A DNA stretch of 64,000 bases from Octopus vulgaris (Eukaryota), in the NCBI GenBank assembly GCA_951406725.2, contig OX597830.1, positions 25,792,001 through 25,856,000 on the forward strand, written 5' to 3'. The notes beneath the pieces were generated by a model. The model had not been told where the DNA came from. It made no database searches and saw only the letters and a list, made by a program, of their open reading frames with translations. A program made the translations under genes and the position numbers. Positions 1-13,363 of this stretch are shown here, piece after piece; the first letter of the stretch is position 1; each line of letters starts with the position of its first letter.

Positions 1-520
1 TCTGACCAGATCATTTGACATCAGTCCGTCAAGGATGTCCCCTTTCGTCGCTTTCCCGCAACTCGTCTCTTGGCCAAACCGCAGTCATGAATCAAACAGA
101 AGACCGAGGCTAGGCGAAAGGCACCGCGAGTGCTGCCTTGCTCTCAAGCAACTCTGCCGTTCGAGATCAAACTTGTGCGATTTCAATTCTACGAAGGCGT
201 TCTAGAGGGGATTAGTGGAGGGGGAGGTGCGACGACGTTCTCAGGGAGAATCTTGGCGGCGACGAGGAACACCTGACCCCGTCTGTTCAGGACACCTTTC
301 GGGACGGGTCCTATGGACAATCATCAGAGATCCCTGGTCTGGCAGTGCTGTTGGGAAGCATTGCCCGCTCGGGATAAACTCTACAGACACGGTTCGAGAT
401 ACTCGAGATACGTTCAGAGCGACGAAACCGTTCTGCACGAACTCGTGCAGCGTTCAACCATTCGGACCTATGAGCTTATGCCGAACAGCTGCTGTCACGT
501 GTGGGACGAACTCGGTTGTT
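1..520 (+). mobile_element. Decayed 3' part of a Tx1/L1-like LINE ORF2 (zf-RVT-like C-terminal region)
   Basis: GC-richer island; peptide QRSLVWQCCWEALPARDKLYRHGS...DETVLHELVQ resembles the 'W...ALP.RDKL...(CxxC)...ETxxHxxxxC' C-terminus of L1/Tx1 ORF2, with cysteines lost. Confidence 0.55.
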
Positions 521-758
521 AGGCATATATATAATACACACATAAACTGATATAAACTTTGATAATCTTAGGTCTGATGAAGTCAGAATCCAAGAATACA
601 CACACACATACATACATACATACATACATACGTGTGTATGTGCGCGCGTCTGTGTGTAAGCGTAAACAAGAAAGATTGGACTGAGCAAACACGCTTTATT
701 GCCTAATACAGCAATTCAAATTGAATTGATATCATTGTGTATATGGCTTACATATGTG

Positions 759-873
<115 letters not shown>

Positions 874-1905
874 ATTCGGATATAAACCGAGATGATGATA
901 TTAGATCCCCGGTTGTATGCATTTATATATATATATATATATATATACCTCCCTCCCCACACACATATATATATATAATGCTGAGAGAGAGAGAGAGAGA
1001 AGGGTAGACGTAGGGGGAATCAATGGACAGATTACATAAATACAACAACGTTATCCGAATCCTATTAATTAACTGATTGATACGAAAGCAATTTGTTTGA
1101 AGTGAGACACAATATTAATTTAGTTACATCGCATTATCTAAATTGTGCTTAACCAAGGAATCATTATATCCATCACGTGACGTATTGTTGCATAAATGAA
1201 TTGGTAGAGCATCAAATAATATGCCATGGCATATCTATTTACTTCTCTTTAGGTCCTGATTTCAAATCCCACCAGGGATTGGTTAGCTATATCATTTATT
1301 CTCCCGGAGTCATTAACATGATGTTCAATCAAACATTAGGATCGATATAATCGATTGGCTCCCTGTCAATAAATATCTTACTGCGTGATTACGTTAGAAA
1401 TAATTATGTTTACTATGGTAAGGCCGGTGGTTAGCTAAGTAATCGGTGCATCGAACAACATGTCGTGAGATACATAGTTGCCTCCCTTTACAGTCTTTAA
1501 TCAGATCCTGCCAGAGTTTCTTTTTCCTCTTAATCTCCCCTCACTTTTTCTTACTTGTTTCAGTCACTTGACTGCGGCCATGCTGGAGCACCGCCTCGAA
1601 AAGAACTTAGTTGAAAGAATTGACCCCCAGCACTGATGTTTGTTACTTATTCTATCGGTCATTTTCGCCGAACTGCTAAGTTAATGGTCGTGAACACACC
1701 AACATCGGGTATCAAGTGGTAGTGGTGGGTGGGTGAAAATACATACACAGAGACACACAGACATAGAAATATATATATATGTATGTTTGTATATATAAAT
1801 GTATATACAGTATATATATATATATATATATGAGTGTGTATGTGAGTGTGTGTGTCTCTGTGTGTGTGCGTATGTGTGTGTGTGTGAAGGCGCGTGGCTT
1901 AGCGG

Positions 1906-2072
1906 TTGGGATATTCGGCTCACGATGGTATGATCGTGAGTTCAATTCCCGGCGACGCGTTGTATCCTTGAGCAAAACACTTTACTTCACGTTGCTTCGG
2001 TGTAATCAGCTGGCAAAAAATGTGTAGTACCAGTATTTCAAAGGGCCGGCCTTGCCACACTCTGTATCACTC
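1906..2072 (+). mobile_element. tRNA-derived SINE (family C), 3'-truncated
   Basis: A-box TGGCTTAGCGG, B-box GAGTTCAATTCC, core TCCTTGAGCAAAACACTTT; ends in TATTTCAAAGGGCCGGCCTTG shared with the SINE at 2504-2894. Confidence 0.75.
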
Positions 2073-2503
2073 TCTATTCACTGTTCTACTTGGATTTTGA
2101 CGAACTCTAGTCATTTGGTAACATTTTGATTCTGTATAGTGGTAAGAAACTCTCAAGAGAGTTGAACACCAGGAGGTCTTCATAAAAGAAACCCTGCTCA
2201 AGCAAGTGTTTTGGCCCTTAGCTTCTTACACTCAAAGGGGGCCGGGCTGTATAGACATCATGACTGCTGGTGCCCTTCTATTGATTCTTTAGCCACTTGC
2301 ATATCGGGGACTTGTGCATTTAAACCGCCTGGAAATTTCATGTAGTAGGAACACCTCTTCGTCGACACAGCTTTCAAACGTATTCTTAACCAGCCTAAAA
2401 GCTGTAAATTTAGCTCCTGCAGAGGGCTAATTGGGCTTGTGGCTCAAAACTAAAGAGAGAAATAATGATAAAGCATTTATTGGTACCCTTCCAATATGAT
2501 ATT

Positions 2504-2894
2504 GATGGATGGAAGCACTCCGTCGGTTACGACGATGAGGGTTCCGGTTGATCCGAATCAACGGAACAGCCTGCTCGTGAAATTAACGTGTAAGTGGCTG
2601 AGCACTCCACAGACACGTGCACTCTAAACGTAGTTCTCGGGGAGATTCAGCGTGACACAGAGAGTGACAAGGCCGGCCCTTTGAAATACAGGTACAACAG
2701 AAACAGGAAGTAAGAGTGAGAGAAAGTTGTGGTGAAAGAGTACAGCAGGGATCACCACCATCCCCTGCCGGAGCCTCGTGGAGCTTTTAGGTGTTTTCGC
2801 TCAATAAACACTCACAACGCCCGGTCTGGGAATCGAAACCGCGATCCTATGGCCGCGAGTCCGCTGCCCTAACCACTAGGCCATTGCGCCTCCA
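2504..2894 (-). mobile_element. Full-length tRNA-derived SINE with 12-bp target-site duplication
   Basis: Minus strand begins TGGAGGCGCAATGGCCTAGTGG (A-box) ... GGTTTCGATTCC (B-box); exact TSD CAATATGATATT at 2492-2503 and 2895-2906; short (CCAT) tail. Confidence 0.85.
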
Positions 2895-4556
2895 CAATAT
2901 GATATTACTTTAAATGAAAAACTTGTAAATTTACAAATTTTTTGAGTTCTTTTAAAATTTGAATCTTCAACTGTTAGCAGTTGATAACATATCCTCATCC
3001 AGACCCAATGCTGGATGTTTAAAAACCAAATGAAGGGCAGATTTTCAATCCCGGTAGCGTTCTGATTCCAAAAAGGTGTAGTATGTCTATGCAGAGCAAA
3101 TATTGACTGAGGTACAGGGGTTCCAGACGGAATGACAGAATGTTGCGTTTATTATTCTTGAAGAAATAGTAGCAACGCTGTAACAATGACTAACTCGGAG
3201 TTACGTCCCATTGCGTAAAAATGCAAAAATGCTGCCGTCAAATGTTATGGAAGGCGTTAATGTACCCCCTCGACCAAATCCAGCCGGAACACTTCGACCC
3301 CTGTATATATTTCTATTGCATAATTTAACTTGTACCGACCTACACTTAGACAGAAGATGTGTTGAAGCAGCTGTAGTCTATCGAACTGAATATAGGAAAT
3401 ATTTATTGCAGATTAACGGTGAGATAAAATGTAATGTTGAAGCAAACTGGCGTCTGTGCCTCGTTTTATAGACCTGGTAATAATACCACAATAAATTGTA
3501 TTAAGATAATAGTGATAATAACAGTTTCAAACTTCGGCTGGAGGTTAGTAATTTTAGGCAGAAGTGTTATATATATAAATTATATTATATAATTTATGGT
3601 TTAAGTTTGCATGTTTTCGGAATAACGATTGAAGTTAAATAAAGTTTCTTATATATTTGACAGGATTAATAATATTCATTGATTAATCATTCATTGTATT
3701 CGTACTATATATATATATATTGCAAGAAGCAAATCGATTCTATAAATCTTTCCTCCAACGCAGCATAGCAAGTGAGCTTGTTCGTTACTGTATTATGCGG
3801 AGATTCTGTTCTATCAGAAATCAACTTAATCAATATCAGAGTACAATTTTGTGGAATTGTCCGAAAGTCGGATCGATTTCTTCTCGGTATTTGTTCCGAC
3901 TCATTCTTTCCTAAATTCAATTCATCCGAGTCCAACTTTCGCTTTCATTCTTCAGAATACAATAAATAAAGTAAGTACCAGGCGTTTTCTCGGATAGATT
4001 CTTTGTTTTCGTTCTCACTTTCTTTCTAGAAGAGATCGGCAATGCTCAGACCTGCACAGGAATGGGTACCACCGGGTCTAAGAATGCCCAAGACACACTG
4101 TTTGTCCCCACAGCACCCCTTACGTCTGCATTAGGAGTTAAGGACCCAAGAATGCGAATCAATTCCATGTTTTACTTTAATTCTCTTTTGAAGATATTTC
4201 GGTGCAGTTATCCTTTTGAATATATTTTTGGAAAGAAGAAAACTCATAATTCTCCCAATTCTTAAAAATGCATTTAATTTTATACCTTATGCCATTTTTA
4301 GATTTTAACATGGGTAACCAATGTTGTTGCTAAAGCCGCGAAGTTTTTTCATTACACTTTTAATCAACATGATCAAGATTCATAAGAAAACTTAATTTTG
4401 TTTTATTTTATGAAATAAGAAGTGGGTAGGAGCGTATTCCTGGACAGGAATACGGACAATGATCTTAAGAATCATGTGACTTGTGGAAACGTGAGTAGCA
4501 ATGCATTTATATATATATGTATATATATATATGTATATAAATTCCATCCGTGGATC

Positions 4557-4618
<62 letters not shown>

Positions 4619-4623
<5 letters not shown>

Positions 4624-4975
4624 CAACAGAGGACAATGCTTCTGTAAAAGAAACAGAGAAACTTTCAAAATACAAGGACCTGGAAATAGAGGTAACTCGA
4701 ATGTGGAGCCTAAAAACAGAAACAATTCTTATCATAGTCGGAGCATTAGGTATGATCAAATATTCACACAAATACATAAAAAAAAATCACCAGGACTGAC
4801 AAATATATATAACATACCAAAAAATAGCGCTATTAGGTACCGCACACATCCTACGAAAACACTTTCAAAACAATAAAAATAAGAGCATCACAACAAACCA
4901 CAGCACATACCCAAGGCACACAGACCTGCGCTCGGTAATACAGTGAAAACACGTGATAAAAGTAAGATTACTGAA
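4619..4975 (+). mobile_element. 5'-truncated R4/Dong-like RLE LINE copy within (TAA)n
   Basis: IPTEDNASVKETEKLSKYKDLEIEVTRMWSLKTETILIIVGALGMIK aligns with the C-terminus of the element at 57225-57893; TAA repeats on both sides. Confidence 0.85.
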
Positions 4976-5004
4976 CAATAATAATATCAACAACAACAAC
5001 AATA

Positions 5005-5070
<66 letters not shown>

Positions 5071-5084
5071 TAATATTATTATTA

Positions 5085-5438
5085 TTACCTCCACCTTCGC
5101 TAAGGTGGAGGCATTGTTTTCAGTCGTGTTTGTTTATTTGTTTGTTTGTCCTTGGACAAGATATCTCAAGAACCCCTGGATGGATTCGGATGAAACTATT
5201 AGGGATGATTAAATTTTGGGATTGATCCGGTACCAAACAAGGATTCTGAATTTTTTCTTCTGTTTTTTTTTTCTTTATTTAATTTTTGAGAGCGGTCGGG
5301 TTCATTTTTAGTATTTTCGTTTGTGACAGCAGTCGAATTTATTTCAGATATTCTCATTTTAAAAATCATCTCCGGCTAATCGTTGAGAGGGCGTTGGTGT
5401 TGCCATGGTGGACGTCTGCGTTCTCTGAGTGTTCTTGT
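5085..5438 (+). mobile_element. Non-autonomous Helentron/DINE-1-like element
   Basis: 5' subterminal hairpin CCTCCACCTT...AAGGTGGAGG, GTTT microsatellite, GGATGGATTCGGATGAAAC motif, 3' GGTGGACGTCTGCGTTCTCTGAGTGTTCTTGTT; inserted in TTA repeat. Confidence 0.6.
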
Positions 5439-5596
5439 TATTATTATTATTGTACTACATTATATCGGCGCAGCTAGCTCGGTGCGACCCTAGAAAAACT
5501 GGTATTGCCAGTTGGCATCATTACTCTGTAGCCGGTATAATAAAACAGGATCTATTATATGCATATTCAAAACATTTCCCTTAAACGAACTGAAAG

Positions 5597-6515
5597 TATA
5601 TATATAGGTAGAATTCACAAAAAAAAAATAATAAATAAAAGACGAAGTCACATCTGTGTAGACAACAAATAGATGTATTAGTTTAATGCTCGGGAAGTGA
5701 AAAAGTCTTTAACGTTTCGAGCCTACGCTCTTCCACAGAAAAGAACACAGAAAGAAACAAGGAGAGAAAATAAAGAATGTGTAGTGTTTAGCGATCTATC
5801 ATGGCGAATGCCGGACAAACGGATCATACAGGAGGAGATAATAAAGTAGTGGTGATCCTAAAACGAAGGTGCGCGTGCGTAGGTATAAGAGAATCTGTAT
5901 GTGCGTGTGGAAGAGGGCTGGTGACCTTGACGTGTGTGCGTGTGTATGTTTAGGTGTGAAGATGTGGGGCTGGGAAGTGGTCAGTGCTGGTGTGTGGGGT
6001 GATGTGATGTGATGTGTTGTGTGGTATGGTGGTGTATGGTGTAGTGGTGTGATGGTGTTTGGAGGTGGGGAGGAGAGAGTGGGGAAAGCAAGAGTGGGGT
6101 GTGGGTTGGACTGAGGGTGGGGTATAGGTGGGGTATGTGGGACGGGGTGTAAGGGATAGGGTGATGTGGATGGGAAGGATAGGGAAGGTGGGTTGGATTG
6201 TGTAGGAGTGAGATGGGGCTACGAGGGAGGGGTGACGATGAAGGGGAAGGAGAAAGTGAGTAGGAGTGAAAAGGAGAGAGAAAGAGAGTAGGAGTTAAGA
6301 GAAGTAGGAGTCGGAGCAAGAGAGCAGAGGTGGGTGGGAGGAAGTAGGTGTGGGGGGAGAGAGGCGAAGGGAGGAGGTTAGATGAAGAGGAGAGGAGAGT
6401 TGATCCCATGTGGGGCAAAAGAGCGAAGACAGAAGATTAATCCCTGTTCACGGCGCAAACGGGAGTCCAGATGGCCACTGTGCGAGGACAATCCGAACAC
6501 GGACAGGTGTTGCAA
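5597..6515 (-). mobile_element. 3' end of a Penelope-like element (GIY-YIG C-terminus, 3' UTR, terminal repeat with hammerhead motif)
   Basis: Minus 6515-6378 reads LQHLSVFGLSSHSGHLDSRLRREQGLIFCLRSFAPHGINSPLLFI* (R..E..I..L....P.G.N, typical PLE endonuclease end); pyrimidine-rich UTR; ends at (TA)n. Confidence 0.8.
5707..5742 (-). ncRNA. Minimal type I hammerhead-like motif (variant core CUGUGGA)
   Basis: Minus: tttt-CTGTGGA-A-GAGC-gtag-GCTC-GAAA-CG-TT-aaag. Confidence 0.55.
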
Positions 6516-6929
6516 AAACCATTCTGTACTCAAAGTTTTGTACAAGTCAGACTGGGACCATGCGACTGTAGCGTCTCATTGCATGAATGTAAGAAACATC
6601 AACTGTTCAGCTAACGATTACACGACAACGTGAATGTCATCAGTCAAGTGACTGGAACATAGAAATCTAATCTCCATTCCAAGAAAAATAGACATAAAAC
6701 CGACATAAAAACGCTATAAAACAGTGACATACGGCTAAGAAAACGAAAAGCGAAACACCCTTTACATCATCAGATGGCATTTCATTATAATTTCAAACTA
6801 AATGTTTCGTTTGAATTGAGTTATAATGTATCAATTCAAACTTCAGTTGGTTCTATAATGAGGTAAAAATAAATACAAATTAAACAAGACGAACACAAAA
6901 TATGTTCACACCATTTTGAAAGTGGATTT

Positions 6930-6960
<31 letters not shown>

Positions 6961-7737
6961 GTTGAGTCAATGAAGTATAATAAAATAATTAATAAAATAA
7001 TTTATCAAACAAGTAATTAGACAAACAAACCATAAATAACAACGTTTATTTGCATATGTTGTGTTGGTAAATTTTTTTAAAATCAAATGTTAGTTGAAAT
7101 AATGATATAACCATCATCATCATCATCATCATCATTACCACCGCCGCCGCCGCCATCACCACCACCACCACCACCACCACCATCCTCAGTCGTTCAATGC
7201 TGATAATAAAACTTGCCGCTGTTGTTGGTCGGTCCAAGCATGAATTTACATTTGAAGCAGGAATGTTAACGATTATTTCGATTATTTAAGGAAGAAAATT
7301 CGATACTTCGAATACATTATGATATTGTGGTAGTTTAGCCCCAGGTCAACCTTGATCGAAGAGGCCAATGATCAAAGGTCTTCAAGATTTTTTTTATATA
7401 TCAAGGATTATGTTATCCAGTCTTTGCTGAAGACTGTAGTACGCTGTGATTTAAAAGGGTTATAACTGCTTTTTCTGCAAGGACGGGCAACCATTCGGAT
7501 GGTTCACTTGTGAATGTCTTATGCTGTCATATGAGCTGATATATATATATATATATTTAATTAAGAGAAATAACCTCTATTAAGCAATTCAATAGTGAGA
7601 GACATTATCTATATTATATAGAAAAAATTTAAATATACTATAATAAATATTATTCAAAAAATCAATAAATTACATAAACATTAATTGCTAAATTGAATTT
7701 TTCCCTGCAAGTTTGGAATTATATTCTCTACTACTAC

Positions 7738-7775
<38 letters not shown>

Positions 7776-7796
7776 TATTATATATATATTTATATA

Positions 7797-7905
7797 TAAA
7801 TCTGTAAAATTTTCCAGACATTTATCGTTTGAAGATATATGACCACGTCTAGATATGCAACTATATGCATGAGTATACATACACAAGACATACAGATCTG
7901 CACAT
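7797..7905 (+). mobile_element. Very short 3' copy of the (CATA)n-associated RLE LINE
   Basis: Matches 17962-18067 (…TCTAGATATGCAACTATATGCATGAG.ATACATAC…) and is followed by (CATA)n. Confidence 0.75.
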
Positions 7906-7940
7906 ACATACATGCATACATACATACATACATACATACA

Positions 7941-7972
<32 letters not shown>

Positions 7973-8608
7973 ATAGGCTCCACTACTCGTGGGTACGAGT
8001 ATCAAAAATGTACTGCACCCCTCTGCCAATTCCCATCGAGCCAGTGTGTTAGAATAGGCTGATCAAACCAGTATTATCTCAAGTTCAAATTCACAGCCTC
8101 CACATTAAACCATGGTTGGTGAAGAGGACATACCGAGGCTTTCGTCCTTCAGTGGATGTACCTTATAACGGTCTAAGCTTGCCTTTGATTTTAAATTTAA
8201 CTGACCAATTATAGGAATGGCTGGACTTCGGTCAATTTCATTACAGACAACAGGTGGCTGGTCTTTAGAATATATCAGTAAATATATTATTGTAACAACT
8301 TTATAGGCATGTATTTAGATAAATATTAATTAGCACTATTTACGAAATCATAAGTACTATTCTTTTTCTAGATCTATTGGCGAATCCAGTCATATTTGAG
8401 TACTAGTTTTATTTTCTTATTATTTACACACCCTGGTACACCTAAAGAAAGATTAACCTACCAGTTATTTTTCTAGTTTAATCATTTACTCATCGACTTC
8501 AAGCTTTACACTGCAAAATGGTATAATTCTAATCTATTAACCCTTCTTTCCTCACCTCGAGGTCCTGTTCTTTCCTCTTCTCTTCTTTTCTTTCATGCAT
8601 TTGTCTTC

Positions 8609-8724
8609 ACTCTGATGAAGTTCCATGTACCAGATCGGATGTGCTATCAAAGATGACGAATATTATTCTCATAATTTTCTTTGGAAGCACCGACTGACAT
8701 AGGTACCAGAAACGGCTGTTAGCA
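8609..8724 (+). ncRNA. Degenerate hammerhead-like motif with long helix II, probable PLE end
   Basis: CTGATGA at 8612 ... GAAAC-GGCT-GTT at 8709-8720, preceded by a pyrimidine-rich tract; helix I pairing poor. Confidence 0.35.
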
Positions 8725-9053
8725 ATGTTAAAGATTTGTACTAAAAAAAATAATAACCGATAGTAGTCAATTTGTTTGTTGATCAATTTTCTCCATTTTC
8801 CGCTTAATTTAAATTTGATTCCTGATATATTTATTTTGTTATTGCCTGTATCCTATGAGCATAGTATGCCTGCATATTCATTCCCAGGGTTAACATAGGC
8901 AATTTATACAGATAGTAATGACGGATATTCTTATCTCCTACACAGTTTTTCCAACCGCTAAGTTATGGGAACATAAACACACCAACATCGGTTGTCAAGC
9001 AATGGTAAGGGACGAACAGACACACACACACACACATATATATAATCGACACG

Positions 9054-9267
9054 CGATGGGGTGCTGAAAAGTTCCTGGCATTAAGTGCGTCGCGAAAGGC
9101 CTGGTTGGAGGCCCAGTCTTCCGAGTTCTTTTACAAGGCTTAGAAAAACTGAACGACTGCTGCAATAAATGTGTGAATCTGAGAGGGAAATATGTTGGAT
9201 AAAATCATAATTAACTGATCCTCCTGTATTTTCTTTTACTCAAAGCCAGAAACTTCTCAGCACACCT

Positions 9268-9270
<3 letters not shown>
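9054..9270 (+). mobile_element. Mariner-derived MITE
   Basis: Imperfect TIRs GGGGTGCTGAAAAGTTCCTGGC / GCCAGAAACTTCTCAGCACACCTC; internal remnant of the transposase C-terminus (LEKLNDCCNKCVNLRGKYV). Confidence 0.75.
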
Positions 9271-9307
<37 letters not shown>

Positions 9308-9442
9308 TGTTTGTGTGTAGATAGATAGCTATACATACACACACATATGCACACACACACATATATATTCAGATATATGCATATACATACATAAACACAC
9401 TTATACATATGCATATACGTACACTTATGTACAGACATTATA

Positions 9443-9850
9443 GGCGCAGGAGTGGCTGTGTGGTAAGTAGCTTGCTTACCAACCACATGGTTCCGGGTTC
9501 AGTCCGGTTGCGTGGCATCTTGGGCAAGTGTCTTCTACTATAGCCTCGGGCCGACCAAAGCCTTCTGAGTGGACTTGGTAGACGGAAGCTGAAAGAAGCT
9601 CGTCGTATATATGTATATGTATATATATGTGTGTGTGTGTTTTTGTGTGTCTATGTTTGTCCCCCCCCAACATCGCTTGACAACCGATGGTGGTGTGTTT
9701 ACGCCCCCATAAATTAGCGGTACGGCAAAAGAGACTGATGGAATAAGTACAAGGCTTCCAAAGAATAAGTCCTGGGGTCGATTTGCTCGACTAAAAAGTC
9801 AGTGCTCCAACATGGCCGCAGTTAAATGACTGTAAAAGAGATAAAAGAAA
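9443..9850 (+). mobile_element. tRNA-derived SINE family A (internal microsatellite, CR1-like tail)
   Basis: GGCGCAGGAGTGGCTGTGTGGTAAG head, GGTTCAGTCC B-box, internal (TA)/(TG) repeat, GTGCTCCAACATGGCCGCAG tail; many copies in window. Confidence 0.85.
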
Positions 9851-11416
9851 CACATCCGTACACACATATGTAGTCTACAGTTTATGAAGATATTTGAACG
9901 TACAAAAACACACGTATGCATGCATAAGGCAAAACGCTGAATACTACTTCTTACTAGTTTCATCCATCGATTTAATATGTAAAAGAACACCAAAGGGAAA
10001 ATCTATGCAAATGTTTAATTTTTATCTGTCTCTCCACAGAAATATATTAATTATCCGTACTGGTTTCGGTACTAATTCCTAATCCATCAGGGACCACGTA
10101 CACACTTTTTCTTCAGACGGAGAGAAATATTGCTTATAGCAAGTTGTTGTTACCAGATATTACTTTGCTAAATCGGTTTGTCTTGATCTGAGCAATTGTA
10201 CTTAAAGATCTAATTAGAAGCGAAAATGCTATCTCAAGTTCCAATTAGTATCCAGTTAGCGATGGCTCAAGCTATTGAGATATATCTACCCTTTCATTTC
10301 GGTTTATTCATTCGAGTGCATTTGAGTAAAGTTAATCATCCAGATATACTGAAAACAGCATAATCTACATTTCAATTTAGCTACAGCTATGACTTGGTAC
10401 ATATGCATTTATACATGCATATATATATAACTATAGATACAGATTGACAGATATTTATATACACAGTATGATAATTAAAATATATTTCGTGAATGATTCT
10501 TCAAACTTTCTGCTTCAGTATTTCACGTGTACATAGACAATCATCAACGTAGAAACAGGAGTCTTATAATCACATGTACCTACAAAGTAGCACGGCTAGA
10601 AGTGTTTTCGTAAAAGAAACGAAATCCAAAAGAGGGATTAATTTGTTTGATTACAATATTTCACGGAGAATATATGCAAATAGATTAATATTATAAAGGG
10701 CTCTACTTCTTTAAACAAAGATTTTAATCTTTGTTTTGCAATATATAAAAAGTTATATCGAATAGTAATGTAAATATTAATATGTTGCAATCACGATAGA
10801 GCCGATATTTTGAGCCAGAAAGCTAATTAAAAACATATAAAATTAAACATATACGTATACTTTATATAATATAAGCTGCTATCAATGGAAAGATCATCGA
10901 TCCATTTGATAGGACTAACTCATCATCGGATTTACATGCACGAGTTCCCAAGTTGTATGAAGCTTGGAATCTCCTTGTTAAGGAATTGTACTAATTCTCA
11001 TAGAAACTAAAGAACGTGCATGTTCAATATATTAAGGTTCCTGTAGGTCTTAAGTCCTAAACTGATTATTTCGTTTATGCTTATATCCATCGATATTTTC
11101 TCATAGCCAGACAGACATCAATATTATCACGTCCATCACTGTCTTACTGATATAAGAACGATGGTATATCAGTCTAGCTACTTCTACATAGAAGAGAAAA
11201 GCCAACTGAGGGGGGATGCGAACTTAGAAACTAAACGAACGACTAAAAATGTCTGACGCTTTAGCCATTGATGGTTAAATAAAAACTTCTCTTCCCCTTC
11301 TTCTTCTCCCTCTCTCTATATGTATGCGTATATACATGTATGCACACACGTACGTACACACGCACGCACGCACACAAACACATACACACACATATACATA
11401 TACATGCATAAATATA

Positions 11417-11463
<47 letters not shown>

Positions 11464-12136
11464 CACGCACACAAACTATGTACAAATACAAAATATGTAT
11501 GTATATATATATATATATATAGAGAGAGAGACACACATATACATACATATATATTTATGAGTGTTTGAACGTTTGTGTATATGCGTGTTTATATGTATGT
11601 GAACATATATGTAATTATCTTTATCTATAGTATATATACCGACACACATACACACATATACAATTATAAACATAAGAGTGTGCATTTGTGCCTTTCTGTT
11701 TGTGTGTCTATAAATAAATGTATGTATGTATGTATGTATGTATGTATGTATGTATGTATGTATGTATGTATGTATGTACGTATGTATGCATGTGTATGTA
11801 TGCATGTATGTATGCATAAATAACTACAGAAATAGTAATACTAATTAAAGAAAGTTTCTCATTTACACATAAAACCGTGATACAAAACTCATTTATCATT
11901 GATGCCAGATCGATTACAAGGTGTCAGAAAGAGTGTTTTGATGAATAAAAAGACTCGGGCTGAGCTCTGTGGTTAAGAAATCGCTTTGTAACCATATGAT
12001 TCCTCGTTCGATCCTACTACGGCGCACCTTGGGCCAGAAGTGTCTTCTACACTGTAGCCTACTCAATGCCTTCTTTAAGCAGCGGAGACCCGTTGTGTAT
12101 TGTGTGTGTATATATTTGTAATATATATACGTATAT

Positions 12137-12830
12137 ACTGGGTATGATCAATAAGTATCCGGACTGTTGTCATAGTAACGAAGCTAAAACACGCAGAGTG
12201 AAACCGCTTGGCAAAGATTGACCTAGAATTCTGCTGTGCATGCGCACTAAGTATTAACGTTGAAGCTCACTTTCACTGTTTACAGCTGTGCTTAGAAGGA
12301 AGGTGTGTAGCGTGTGATCGTGGTATTGACCATGACAGAGAAAGTTGTCATGGCGACACCTGCTCAGAGGCCTACGCAAAGTTGCAGAAAGTGTATGGAG
12401 AGGAGTGTATGAGCCGCACACAAGCGTACGAGTGATTCAGATAATTCCAGGATGGCTGATAAAAGTCGATGGTAACGAACGTTCTGAGAGACCCACAACC
12501 AGCAGAACTGAAAAAAAACATTACAAATGTGCATGCAAATGTGAGGGGGAAATCAAATCACCATCCGTGAATTATCAGGGGATGTGCAGATTAGTTACTG
12601 TTCAGTTCAGCCCATTATCACAGAAGATTTGGGCCAGAGACGTGTGTCTGCCAAGTTTGTGCCAAAACTGCTTTCTGCTGGCTAAAGACACTCGGGTTTC
12701 AGGTGCACAAGATCTCCTTGATTGTGCCGAGAACGATGAAAACTTTTTGAAAACTTTGCGAAGGCTTCTGAGCAGGTATCATCATGCTTTTGGCAAAATT
12801 TGATGCAGATTCTGTTATGCTCAATGCGAT
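12137..12830 (+). mobile_element. Decayed mariner transposon, 5' part
   Basis: TIR-like TGATCAATAAGTATCCGGACT; SEAYAKLQKVYGEECMSRTQAYE*F and ERSERP are mariner N-terminal HTH/GRP-like motifs, with stops and frameshifts. Confidence 0.75.
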
Positions 12831-13265
12831 GTTCACACGTTACCTACCTTCTTTCAAAGAAAGAGACATAACGTCTCTTAGTAATGTGGGGTAAATAAAT
12901 ATAAGATAAAAAGTTGTCGTTAATATAATGTTTGAAAGCTGTGAGGAAATACCTGGATTGGTTGATTTCCTTTTACAAAATCGGAGAAAGCGAGATGAAT
13001 AATTTCACAGTAACTTCACAGTAATTTCTTAGTTCCGATCAGGTATCAGTTTCACCTTTCCGGTAAATAACAGCTGATTACCAATATTTTCCAGGATCAA
13101 CCAACTGAAAGTCTAATGCTGCTTGCTTTCATTCTCTCACTTTTAACATTCGGCAATAACAGCAAATTTAATCATTAAGCATTCTTGTGTTATCTCCATA
13201 CTCATCATATAGCATATACATTTTTATCTTAAATCCTTTCCTTTCTGCGAGCTATCATTGGTGAT

Positions 13266-13363
13266 TTTCTTGACTAGTGATCCCTGGCGGTTTTATTGAC
13301 GAGCGATCCCTGCTTACTTTCTTGACGAGCGATCCCTCGTAACTTTCTTGACAAGCGATGTAC
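13266..13363. repeat. 26-bp-period minisatellite, about 4 units
   Basis: TTTCTTGACGAGCGATCCCT plus 6 variable nt, at 13266, 13292, 13318, 13344. Confidence 0.85.

Noticed and set aside
9443-9520. tRNA genes at SINE heads
   Set aside because: A/B boxes run directly into SINE bodies and I could not build a complete cloverleaf.
13266-13363. CRISPR-like array
   Set aside because: Spacers are only 6 nt, the context is eukaryotic and there are no cas genes.
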